From: Girardia tigrina
Taxonomy: Eukaryota
Direction: 5' to 3'
Assembly (NCBI GenBank): GCA_001938485.1
Contig: MQRK01200470.1
Span: 1 to 54,130, forward strand
Length of the DNA: 54,130 bases
The number at the start of each line of letters is the position of its first letter. Within the stretch, counting starts at the first letter, position 1. Positions 1 to 10,548 of this stretch are shown one piece after another. The notes under the pieces were generated by a model that was given only the letters and a program-made list of their open reading frames with translations, did not search any database and was not told where the DNA came from. A program made the position numbers and the translations under genes.

Positions 1-49
<49 letters not shown>
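1..49. repeat. (TA)n microsatellite; others at ~4577, 7022, 13670, 15920, 17946, 18794, 20289, 45523, 46083
   Basis: Directly visible; two tracts coincide with ~50-N gaps. Confidence 0.97.
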
Positions 50-662
50 AGAAAAGGAATCAATAAAAAATATTAATTTCAAAATTTAAAGTTTCAATTC
101 CAAATTCTTGACAGACTGTCTAATCTCTCATTCTATTTCTTAACGATGAATTTTCCTCGTTTTATCAGTTCCTATTAACAACACTATAGCAATCAAAAAT
201 CCAACTCGTGAGGAAAAAAGGATTAAAAAGAAGGGAGTCATCTTAAAACACAATTTATATTAAACCGAGCCCCATTAATTACAACCTTTATTTTTGAAAG
301 TACAGTTCTTTCAATCATTGTCATATAGTCTATTCCAATCCGTCAAATCTGTAACTTCATTTGATGACATTAAAAAGTACAGGTTTTTAGTTTCGTTCCG
401 TCAACTAAGGACCTTAAATTCCTTTATTTCTGGTATAAACTTTAAGACTTCTCCTACTCACTTTAATTCCTTCTGTTTAAGATTTTATTGGCTACATTTA
501 ACCATTGTTTCATTGTTAATTATAAAAAGTATTTTATACAAAATTTCTCTTAATATTAGGTTGTTCGATATGAAACGGGTCAAACTTCACACCTTACATT
601 TCAATCGCGTATAACTTAACTTTGAACTATCGTATGAAAATAAATAAGGTATTTCTTGACAG

Positions 663-1546
663 NNNNNNNNNNNNNNNNNNNNNNNNNNNNNNNNNNNNNN
701 NNNNNNNNNNNNNNNNNNNNNNNNNNNNNNNNNNNNNNNNNNNNNNNNNNNNNNNNNNNNNNNNNNNNNNNNNNNNNNNNNNNNNNNNNNNNNNNNNNNN
801 NNNNNNNNNNNNNNNNNNNNNNNNNNNNNNNNNNNNNNNNNNNNNNNNNNNNNNNNNNNNNNNNNNNNNNNNNNNNNNNNNNNNNNNNNNNNNNNNNNNN
901 NNNNNNNNNNNNNNNNNNNNNNNNNNNNNNNNNNNNNNNNNNNNNNNNNNNNNNNNNNNNNNNNNNNNNNNNNNNNNNNNNNNNNNNNNNNNNNNNNNNN
1001 NNNNNNNNNNNNNNNNNNNNNNNNNNNNNNNNNNNNNNNNNNNNNNNNNNNNNNNNNNNNNNNNNNNNNNNNNNNNNNNNNNNNNNNNNNNNNNNNNNNN
1101 NNNNNNNNNNNNNNNNNNNNNNNNNNNNNNNNNNNNNNNNNNNNNNNNNNNNNNNNNNNNNNNNNNNNNNNNNNNNNNNNNNNNNNNNNNNNNNNNNNNN
1201 NNNNNNNNNNNNNNNNNNNNNNNNNNNNNNNNNNNNNNNNNNNNNNNNNNNNNNNNNNNNNNNNNNNNNNNNNNNNNNNNNNNNNNNNNNNNNNNNNNNN
1301 NNNNNNNNNNNNNNNNNNNNNNNNNNNNNNNNNNNNNNNNNNNNNNNNNNNNNNNNNNNNNNNNNNNNNNNNNNNNNNNNNNNNNNNNNNNNNNNNNNNN
1401 NNNNNNNNNNNNNNNNNNNNNNNNNNNNNNNNNNNNNNNNNNNNNNNNNNNNNNNNNNNNNNNNNNNNNNNNNNNNNNNNNNNNNNNNNNNNNNNNNNNN
1501 NNNNNNNNNNNNNNNNNNNNNNNNNNNNNNNNNNNNNNNNNNNNNN
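663..1546. other. Assembly gap; further gaps at ~11717-11766, 13698-13747, 17988-18037, 40075-40303
   Basis: Runs of N. Confidence 0.99.
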
Positions 1547-2295
1547 TGTTGACAACATGGGGGGATATTTTGATTAAAAATAAAATGTTATTATTTAAAA
1601 AAAATCGATTTACATTTTACTTTAATTTTGACCCGTTTCATATCGAACAACCTAATATTTATTTATAGTTTTGTACACACTAAGGAGATTTACAAGACTA
1701 TTAAATAATTTTGGTTAGTTCCATTTTCTTAATAGACACAAATATATGTAATAATATAAATATAATTTATTTTATTAAACAATTGCACTAAACCTAATTC
1801 TTAAATCGATACATACTGTTCCATAACTATGGTAATTTACATTTATTAAAACTTCGAAAAAGAAGAAAATAATTTTTAAAGTTTTGAAAGAATATAAAAT
1901 AAAGTCTCAATAATTATATCAACAAGTACCGCGAAGACAGATTCAGGAGAGATTCCAAGGGGTTCTCGACTTTCGGTTAAGTAATACAACTGATGTGGGA
2001 ATATTATCTCTTTCCTTTACTCATTGTACGAAATGTGCTTACACAGTCAAAGCCCTACAGAATCACGGTACGAGGGATCATGACTGGTCCTTTCTGTTTG
2101 GGAAACCGAAACTCAAGAAACATTCTTGAATTTATTTATGGTTCCTATCCGATACAGAGTCTATGGCTCACTAATCTGTACGTCAATGCTGAAAATGTAG
2201 TCTCTACAATACTCAGTTATCCGTAACAAACTGAACTTAATATTTTTTTAATTTTAATTTATACAAATTTTATATTCACCTCTGAAGGTAATTTT

Positions 2296-2975
2296 TTTTA
2301 TAAAAACAACCACATTTTTCAAGCATTACCAATGCACTAAAAAGAGGAAAATAATTTTTTTCTAGACATGTGCGAAATTTTATACCTAACCAAAAACGTG
2401 GGGCGGATTTCTGAATTACTGCTATTAGTAACTGCTATTTCCTCTTTACTGCTTTTTAGTAACAATCTATCATTTCTATACCCCACGTTTTTGGTTAGGT
2501 ATAAAATTTTGCACGTCTAGAAAAAAAATTATTTTCCTCTTTTTAGTGCATTGGTAATGCTTGAAAAACTTGGTTGTTTTTATAAAATTTTTTTTTTATT
2601 AATAATATTATTTTACTATTTTTAGTTATCATTTAGGAATTCAAATCTTTCGATTGATTTCGAATAACAGAAATGATAATAAAACCAAAATAACAAAGTT
2701 TTATTTTAATAAAAGCAAGTTTTATTTCAAGATAATTTTTAAACCTAATTTTAATACTTCTACACTCAATTATCACTTGATTTTCACAATATTTGTTCAA
2801 TTTATTAATTTTTTCCGTATATCCGTAAAGTAAATGTTTTAAAATATTGTATTGTCATCGGAAGCAAGCCTGTATAAAAAAATTCAGCTCAATTGGATGA
2901 CTGAAAGTGGTCGAAAAATCAATCGCAAGATTTTTTCCAGACAAGAAAGCAAGCTAATAAAAATGTGGTAAAAAA
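2296..2975 (-). mobile_element. Rearranged copy of the HINE/DINE-1-like family at 39647-40420
   Basis: 2847-2975 is the reverse complement of ~39647-39792 (5' end). 2296-2403 and 2481-2586 are inverted copies of the 3' end seen at 40304-40390. Confidence 0.7.
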
Positions 2976-3328
2976 CAACCTGAATTATCAAATTCAAGCA
3001 TTAAAAATTTCAAAACAATGAAATCTTTATTTTATTTATCAACATTTATCAAATAGACATTTTAAGATGATTTTGTCAAAGAGATTTCGAAGGATTTTCT
3101 CGTTCTCAATCTAAAAACTTTCTAAATTTCCAAAATACAATCTTAATGAAGAAATAAAGACTCGAAAGTTGTCAATATATTATATTTTAATGATTTTTAA
3201 TAATCAATATGACAAAAAAATATTTAAAAGTAAAATTTGTCTTTTTACTAATATTATTGGACATCTAAAAACATCTACTTATATATAATATATAAATATA
3301 CTTTGATTAAAGCTTTTTTTATATAATT

Positions 3329-3370
3329 ATTGGACATGTTTCGATGTTTACATACATCATCTTCAGCAAT
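3329..3370 (-). ncRNA. Minimal type I hammerhead ribozyme (intact core, CUGAAGA variant)
   Basis: Reverse complement reads AUUG-CUGAAGA-U-GAUGU(AUGUAA)ACAUC-GAAAC-AU-GUC-CAAU. It differs from the + copy only at the variable N of CUGANGA. Confidence 0.8.
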
Positions 3371-3535
3371 TTCAATACTTAAAATTTTTAATTAAAATAT
3401 TCTTTTTGCCATTATTACCCAATAATGCTTTGATAAATAATAATAATTAATTTTTTGGTTACCTTTTAAAGTAAATATATCTATTAAAATTGTATTATTC
3501 AAACAATTCAATATTCATATATTAAACATCCGAAA

Positions 3536-3577
3536 ATTGCTGATGATGATGTATGTAAACATCGAAACATGTCCAAT
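3536..3577 (+). ncRNA. Minimal type I hammerhead ribozyme (intact core)
   Basis: AUUG-CUGAUGA-U-GAUGU(AUGUAA)ACAUC-GAAAC-AU-GUC-CAAU. Stem I AUUG/CAAU, 5-bp stem II, palindromic stem III ACAUGU. Predicted cleavage after C3573. Confidence 0.8.
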
Positions 3578-4415
3578 AGTTGTATAAAAAAAGCTTTAAT
3601 CAAATTATATTTTCGAAATACTAAACTTGCGTTCACAAGACTCAATATAATATATAAATAATATAATTTTAAAAACATTGTTTAAATGTGCGAAGTGTTT
3701 TATTTCAAAACGTATGTAAAAATTAATATAATAAATTTTGACTTTTTTAAAATTTATTTTTCTAAAAATTACCATCAAAAATATTGAAGAAAGAGTAATA
3801 TTTTTGTTAGAAATATGTTTTAATGAATTTTTGCTTTGTGGGAGGAAGCATTTACAGTCAGTTCAGTCTCATTTTGTCTGCATCGAAAATTTCCTTTCAT
3901 CTTATTTCTACATCAAAAAGTTATTAAAATAAAAATTAAAAATGATAGTTGACAACGATGCGGCAAAAGAAAAATGTCGAAATCCACAGAAAAATGAATC
4001 TCTAATAGGAAGAAACTTGTGATAAAAGTATATCAAAAGGAAAAATTAATTGAAAAAGAGTTATACGAGAATGAGAAAACTTAAATAATATGATCAATAC
4101 ATAGTGATAAAAATAATTGTGAACAATATTTTCGAAAATGTTAAAAATAATCACAAATGAGTTAATTATTTTGCTTATTTGTTTCTGATAAAATAATCTG
4201 TAATGCTTTAAACATTTTAAACATTAAATATGTAAATACATTAAATTAAATTATAATATTCTTTATTAATATCACCTCACACTATTGAATTTTTGGTATT
4301 TGAAGGTTGAATTGTTTTTGTGTATGTTTATTTTGGTGATTGACAAGCAAAGAAAATAGAAGAAAGAAAGGGCAAAGAAGGAGTTTCGAAAGAAAATATT
4401 ATTATTATATTACTA

Positions 4416-4572
4416 CTAGAAAAAGACCCGTCATATATGACGGAAGAACTAAATTTTCTTCTTTGAAAGTTTCTGTTTTAATTTTAAAATCGTAATTATT
4501 CTAATAATAATTATATTTTATATGCATGCGTTAGATACTATTTTAAAATTCTGAAATCGTTAGATCATTATA

Positions 4573-4615
<43 letters not shown>

Positions 4616-5590
4616 GTTCCGCAGACGCTGCTTATTTTTGGCTTGTAATTTCATATTAGCCGGAGTTATTATACATTGCTTAAAAAAATAGAAAAATTAA
4701 GCCGTGTAAAAGCAAGAAAAAAATTTGATCACAGCAAACTTTGAGTGTTACGCAGATAAAAATCTGGGCTTTTATATACGTAATTTTTAACAACTTTGTA
4801 TTATTGTGAACTTTGCTTCGTCATTATTTTTGCCAGCCCCCAGCTCATTTTCAAATAATAATTATCAAAATCAACGGGCAATCGAAAACTCGACTTTCAC
4901 TTCTAGACTCAATAATATCAAGAAAGAGCAACATCTTCTAGAAAGATGGTGAGTCAATGGAAGAGAAGTCTCAATAGAAGTAACCGCTGCTGTTAGTAAT
5001 CATTGCACAACGTATCACATAACCGCCCCACAGGAAAATCTAACTAAATATAATTCGGAAAAAAATAATAAATAAATAAAAGTTGTGTCAAAATTAAAAT
5101 TGAATAAATAAAGGGTGTTTCAAAATTCACACAAGAAGTAATTTTGATAGCAAACACAGGTTTATAATTAAAAATTGTAAATTTTTTATTGATTTATATA
5201 GTATACAGTATAGGGTTATGTATGGAATAGCATATCGAGTAAATGACCTCCGCGACTTTGCTGGGACATACACACTCTTGTTGAAATTTCCCATGATTGT
5301 TTTGCATAAATGTGGCTGATTTTCGTTGATATAGCGCTCAATTTCCTCCTTCAAAGCGTGAGTGATCGTGGGCTTATAGAGATTTGTGCCATTTGTGCGG
5401 TAAAGTATTGCCAAATAAAAAATGCAGCGTGACAGCTGATAGTTCAGGGTTATTAAAAATGGAATGCTACACAAAAGAAGTACACTGTGCAGTGAACTGG
5501 CCGTGTGTGCGTGTCAGTCTGACAAAAGGACACATACACACACGATGAGCATTACGCAGATGAAACTCTGGGCTTTTATATACATAATGA
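4416..5590 (-). mobile_element. Non-autonomous Helitron-like element
   Basis: Minus-strand 3' end has the hairpin CCGTCATATATGACGG (4428-4443) a few nt before CTAG|T. Putative 5' end TCATTATGTATATAAAAGCCCAG at 5590, with a near copy at ~4750-4783. The 5' boundary is less certain because the flanking base is not the canonical A. Confidence 0.65.
5110..5380 (-). mobile_element. 3' fragment of a rosa/DD41D-like Tc1/mariner transposon
   Basis: YKPTITHALKEEIERYINENQPHLCKTIMGNFNK resembles the C-terminus of DD41D/maT-type transposases. TIR-like AAGGGTGTTTCAAAA at ~5111. Confidence 0.6.
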
Positions 5591-5945
5591 AGTTATAAGC
5601 TTAGATAATCGAATTTATTGCTATTTTCCTTACCAACAGATTGTGTCAATGAAATTACTAACAGATCATCACTCTATTCGACGGAGTTTGACGATTGTAT
5701 TATTAATATTTATTTATTTTCCATAAAAAGCTCCAATCTCCATAGCAGTGTACAGATTGTTGATTACAGTGACAAGAAATCAGGATAAACTTATTTCCAT
5801 TCCTTGAAGAAAACAAAAAAACTGTTTATATATTCATATTCAAAAAGTATTGCACTAATTATTTGGTTTATGTTTAAAAAATAAACTCTAAAATTATCAA
5901 ATTATAAATTTATTTACAAAAAGTAATGGTAATGGTCATCCTTTG

Positions 5946-6398
5946 TGTTAAGAGAACTCACACATTTGTTACAACATTTAATACTATCACAATTTGGATC
6001 TTCTTTGTAATATAATAATTTTGGATCATCCTTAATAATGCCTTCGTTCAAGTTCATCTATCAATGTTTAAAACTTCTCCTCCAAAATCTGAACTAACTT
6101 TAATTTAATTTAAAATATTTACTACAAGTTTTATTGGATAAAATAAAATTATTATTAATCATTTAAAATATTAATTTGATTTAATTATTAACAAATTTAA
6201 AAAATAAAATTAATAAAATTAGTTTAAATTTGCAATCATAATAAATTATAAATTTAAATTTGAATAAATTAGTTTCAGACAATAAGAATTAAAATATTAA
6301 TCATCCATCTGGGTAGAGAGATACAATCACAAATCAACACACAACAATTAAACATACAAACAACACACAAAACATCAACATTCCAAATATTCCTGACA
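5946..6398 (-). mobile_element. Solo LTR (Gypsy family A)
   Basis: TG...CA termini, 453 bp, TSD CTTTG/CTATG (1 mismatch). Homologous to 14815-15277 and to the LTR at 10821-12625. Confidence 0.85.
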
Positions 6399-7039
6399 CT
6401 ATGTAACTTCAAAGAAATTAATATTCTTAACTTAAGTGTTCCACAATCATTGTACAAAAGTGTATTTCTCAGATTTATTATATTTTCTTTGGGACGTGTT
6501 CACATCCTCATCCACAGATACCTCCGAAACAGTTGCTGATCCAGAAGTGATAGTTTCTTATAAAATAACATCCGTGTACCCCATGTGGGAACATTTATTC
6601 TGCCCGACTTAATTTTCTAGAAATGCCATTTTATACATGACAGGAAAATCAGAAAAAAATTTGAAAAAGTTGAAGGGAAAATTAATGTTACTTTTTTATT
6701 ATAATAAATTTTGTCAATAATGTTAGTGTAATTATCAGTTTTAACCACTTTTTTATTGCCAAAACATAGAATTTATTGCTACAACACAGCATTGAAACTT
6801 TATTGTCCCACCTAAAATTAATTTTAGTTTCAATAGAATTTTTACTAGTATTAAAAAAAACTAAATGTAATTTTGTTTTATTGCATATTTTTATTAACAT
6901 TTATTTCTATTTAATTAATTATTTATAATAATTTTATGTTCCAATAAAATAGTAAAGAAACATTGAAATTATCCATATTTTACAAAATTCATCCGTACTT
7001 TTCGTATCATGATGTATGTGACAGTTATGGTAAAGAGCA

Positions 7040-7079
<40 letters not shown>

Positions 7080-7499
7080 TGTTAGGCTTGATAATTTCTT
7101 TTAGAAATCAATTTTATTTAATTTAGTGGTATTAAAATATGGTTTTATGTACAAAAAATTCACCACTCTATTTATTTCGGTTGAAAGTAGATTGCCATCT
7201 ACGAAGACCGCGAAGGGGTTAAACTCAACACTTGTGTCTGTTAAAACGAACAAATAAATCTTTCATCGACAGTTTATCCATTTCAAGAAAATCATTATTT
7301 TGAGACCGACTAAAACATTATTTGATTTTGACCTCCTAATGTAAAATCCTTTAGATAAAGAAAAGATTCCACAACTAGAAATTAGGCATTAGCAACGAAT
7401 GTTTCTCATATAACAATGTAGTAATATCTCATTCAGATGGAAGAACTATACTACAGGGGAATCCCCATAGAAAAAAAGAATGAGCAAAAACGAGCGGTT

Positions 7500-9070
7500 G
7501 CAGTTATAAACCAAAAACGTTTTTCCTGGGTTAATTGATCACTATGAAAAAATATGGATCTTTTATAAGTAGGAAAACTGTCATAAAATCTTGGTGGGGA
7601 TACATCAATGTATCAAACGTTTAAGTTCAACGCACATTGAACATTTGTAAACAATTTCATTCAATATTCTGGAATTACAAAGATGATCTTTAAGTCTTAT
7701 ATTACTATAAGAAGAGACTTTCAATGATGATTTGTGTTGATAGCAATTGGATTTCTAATCGCAGAGATTAAGCTGAAATATGGTGGATATCATCAAGTTC
7801 CCTATTTTATCAATAATATGCGTTATCATACAACAACCAAGTCATTTATAACTTTCGCGAAATGAGTTTCTAATAGGTAACAAATTCACCTCATCATGTC
7901 CATCTAGCTCCATTGAAATTCTATCTGTTTTATTAAAATCTGTTATTTATGGAAAGAATTACTCATCTGCTGAAGTAGTAGGATTTTTTCGTTACCAATA
8001 AGTCACGAACGTTTTTGAAGACGGCATAAATTGTCATTTTGTTCATTACTGCGAGCACCATGATTGATAACTCCTGTTTCTGTTGAATAAATATTGTAAG
8101 TAGACTAAACTGTCTTTACAATACTTTAAATTATTAGGCCATTAAGAATGCAATACGTAGATTTGTTAAGTAATGAATTTAAGATTAAATATTTTTCAAA
8201 TTTTGTAATGAAAGATTGGGATTTCGTAAAACCTTTCGAACTAGTCATCGTTTCGAATTGATAAATTTAATTCTTTTTTTAAACGTCTTATTATTTAAAT
8301 AATTTAAATTACAATTTATTTATTATACGATTTTAAAATAATTTACAATATAAATTACAAAATAGTATTAAGTATTTTAAAAAATATTTTAGATATATTA
8401 TTTATGATATATTAATTTAATTTTAAAGAAGGTTATTTAAATTTGAAAATTGAATAAATAATTCGGTGTTTCAAAATATTTAAAATATCAATCTTCCATC
8501 TGGTTGGGAGAACACAATCCTAAAACAACATAAAATACAAACCATTCAAAATATTCCTCACATAAATGATTCTTAAAACGAATAATATTCGATTGTCAAT
8601 AAGCTGTAGAAAGTGCCTTTCGCTATTTCATTGGCTCTCGTTCACAAGGCCACTTCCCTACAGACATAAATGATCTACTGATAAAGTTGCAAATGTAAGT
8701 TGATACTAAAGGAGCATATGTTTGAAGAAATAAAATTGCTTTTATAAGAATTATTATAAATCATTTTTTGAATCAAATCTTTGCATTTCATAGTTAAGGA
8801 CCTAATGAATGTTTTCTCAAAAATAGAAAAACAAAAGTTTAATATTCTTCTAATTAGATTAGAATCTAATCTGTAAACATCAAGAACATGTAGGTATCAG
8901 CATATTATAATAATAAATAATACGAAATTATATTTTATCTTATTGAAATTTTAATAAAATCTAAAACGTTCCGAACTAACGAACCTATTATTTATAATGC
9001 TCGTATAACGATGACGGTTAATCCGTCGAAATTAATAAACATTTTCAATTGGCTTTCGACTTTTAATTTT
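7500..9070 (+). mobile_element. Highly decayed Penelope-like element (RT remnants and 3' pLTR), interrupted by a solo LTR
   Basis: Frameshifted traces in the expected order (YG..K.HK-like ~7553-7587, GNK.P ~7876, FFRY ~7985, LVHKA ~8637), ending in the decayed hammerhead ATAACGA-T-GACGG(TTAAT)CCGTC-GAAA at 9005-9031. The protein traces are weak. Confidence 0.5.
8132..8562 (-). mobile_element. Solo LTR (diverged relative of family A)
   Basis: Ends ...AATATTCCTCACA like the other copies and shares the CCATCTGG core. Flanked by TAAAT/TAAAT; the other terminus is TA rather than TG. Confidence 0.7.
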
Positions 9071-10002
9071 AATGAATTGTCATTGTTTTTCAAATTCCTT
9101 TGCTATTACTTATATTTACATTTTCGAAGTATTATAATGTTTTTACTTTAATTTATTTGTTTTATTATATTGATATAATGCTTGAAATGTTCATTTTATT
9201 CTATAATAACAAAAATAAATCTGAACAATTATGATGATTTAAAAATATAATCATTTTGTTTCAATTATTTAATCCGGAAATTAATTTATGTTTTGTCAAT
9301 TATAGAAATATTAGATTAAATATCGTTTTTTAATTTTAAAAAGTAATTATAGCTTAAATTGTTTTTTTGTTTATTATTATAGATATATAAATAAAGTATC
9401 GGATATATTCCCCTTGGATGAATAATTTTTTTATAATTTTATAGATTACTTTTTCATGGGATTTTTATAAAGGCTTAATGTAGAAATAAAATACAACAAC
9501 AGATTTTTATATAAATAAATTTACTTAAAAAAATAAATAAATGCAATTTATTTACAAAAAAAATCTGTTATTAGGGTTTGAAAAGTTGCTGATAAAAAAA
9601 ATTAATATTTACTAAAAGAAAAATGAAACGAATTTATGATTCACTAAAGAAAATCAAAAGATAAATATGAGGCTTTAGAATAGTTCTAGGAGACGCGCAC
9701 AAATAAAACTTTCTAACAGCTGCAACGGCTTCATAAAGTTCTGCGATTAATCAAAAGCGGGTATTTCTCTTGCTTGAAAATGCTTCAGTGCGTTGTGAAA
9801 GGTTAACTCTAAGGAAGATTCATTGAAGTTCTCCCTTTCGTCTCATACAGTCCGCAAAATGTGCTTTCTCACTGTCAATCTTTTCAATCGTTTGATTATT
9901 TTTACAAGGAATAAGTTGTCCACAAAGTTGATTCTCTTTAGATAATATTTATTTGTTATTGAAGATAACGAGTTTCAATCAATCTTTGTCAAATCATCCT
10001 CT

Positions 10003-10515
10003 TCTAAACCAGAAGAAAGGCATATAAACAAACAAATTTGTAGCTGTTCAGGTGGTAGTTATGTTAGTGGACAGTTACGACAATGGGATGGCAGAAAATT
10101 TGGTCTATTTTTCGGTTTTTTTCTTAAAAAGGCCTACCTATAGGTAAGGATAGCCATGTGGAATAATAAAGTCTTTATGATGATTAGGTTAGTCGATGAT
10201 CTATACGTTGTATTAAACGTCGTGTCAAGGATGGGTTAAACGATATTCAAAGAAAAGTAAACAATATCCGCGGCGAGATATATTGACGGCTTACTTATTA
10301 GGTAGAGCTTTAGCAAAACAAACGAACCTTATGCTAGTATCTTACACTTCTTCAAACACAAGTCTAAACCAATATAAAGGATTGACTCAGATAAAGATAT
10401 GAGAATGTTTGGGTTGAACAAAGAAACAATTCGCAGTCGAGACATGACCAAGAGCTTGTAATCTGATGTCTTAAAAAATCAACAAGAGAAAAAATATATA
10501 TGGAATCTATGGGGC
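10003..10515. repeat. Unclassified ~500-bp repeat; inverted homolog at 13980-14470
   Basis: Collinear reverse-complement similarity, e.g. GCAAAACAAACGAACCTTATGCTAG and GACATGACCAAGAGCTTGTAATCTGATGTCTT. Confidence 0.8.
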
Positions 10516-10548
10516 AAGGTAATAAGCAGGGGTAATCAATAAACTATA

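Larger units (their letters stand above)
3299..3644 (+). mobile_element. Short non-autonomous Penelope-like insertion with an inverted pLTR copy
   Basis: About 75-bp inverted arms (~3297-3372 and ~3534-3609), each holding a hammerhead core. Flanked by the 16-bp direct repeat ATATAATATATAAATA (3283-3298, 3645-3660). The + arm has an extra ~35-bp tail. Confidence 0.75.

Noticed and set aside
587-1668. Long ORFs of 298-348 aa (and those at 40022-40351)
   Set aside because: Artefacts of translating N runs.
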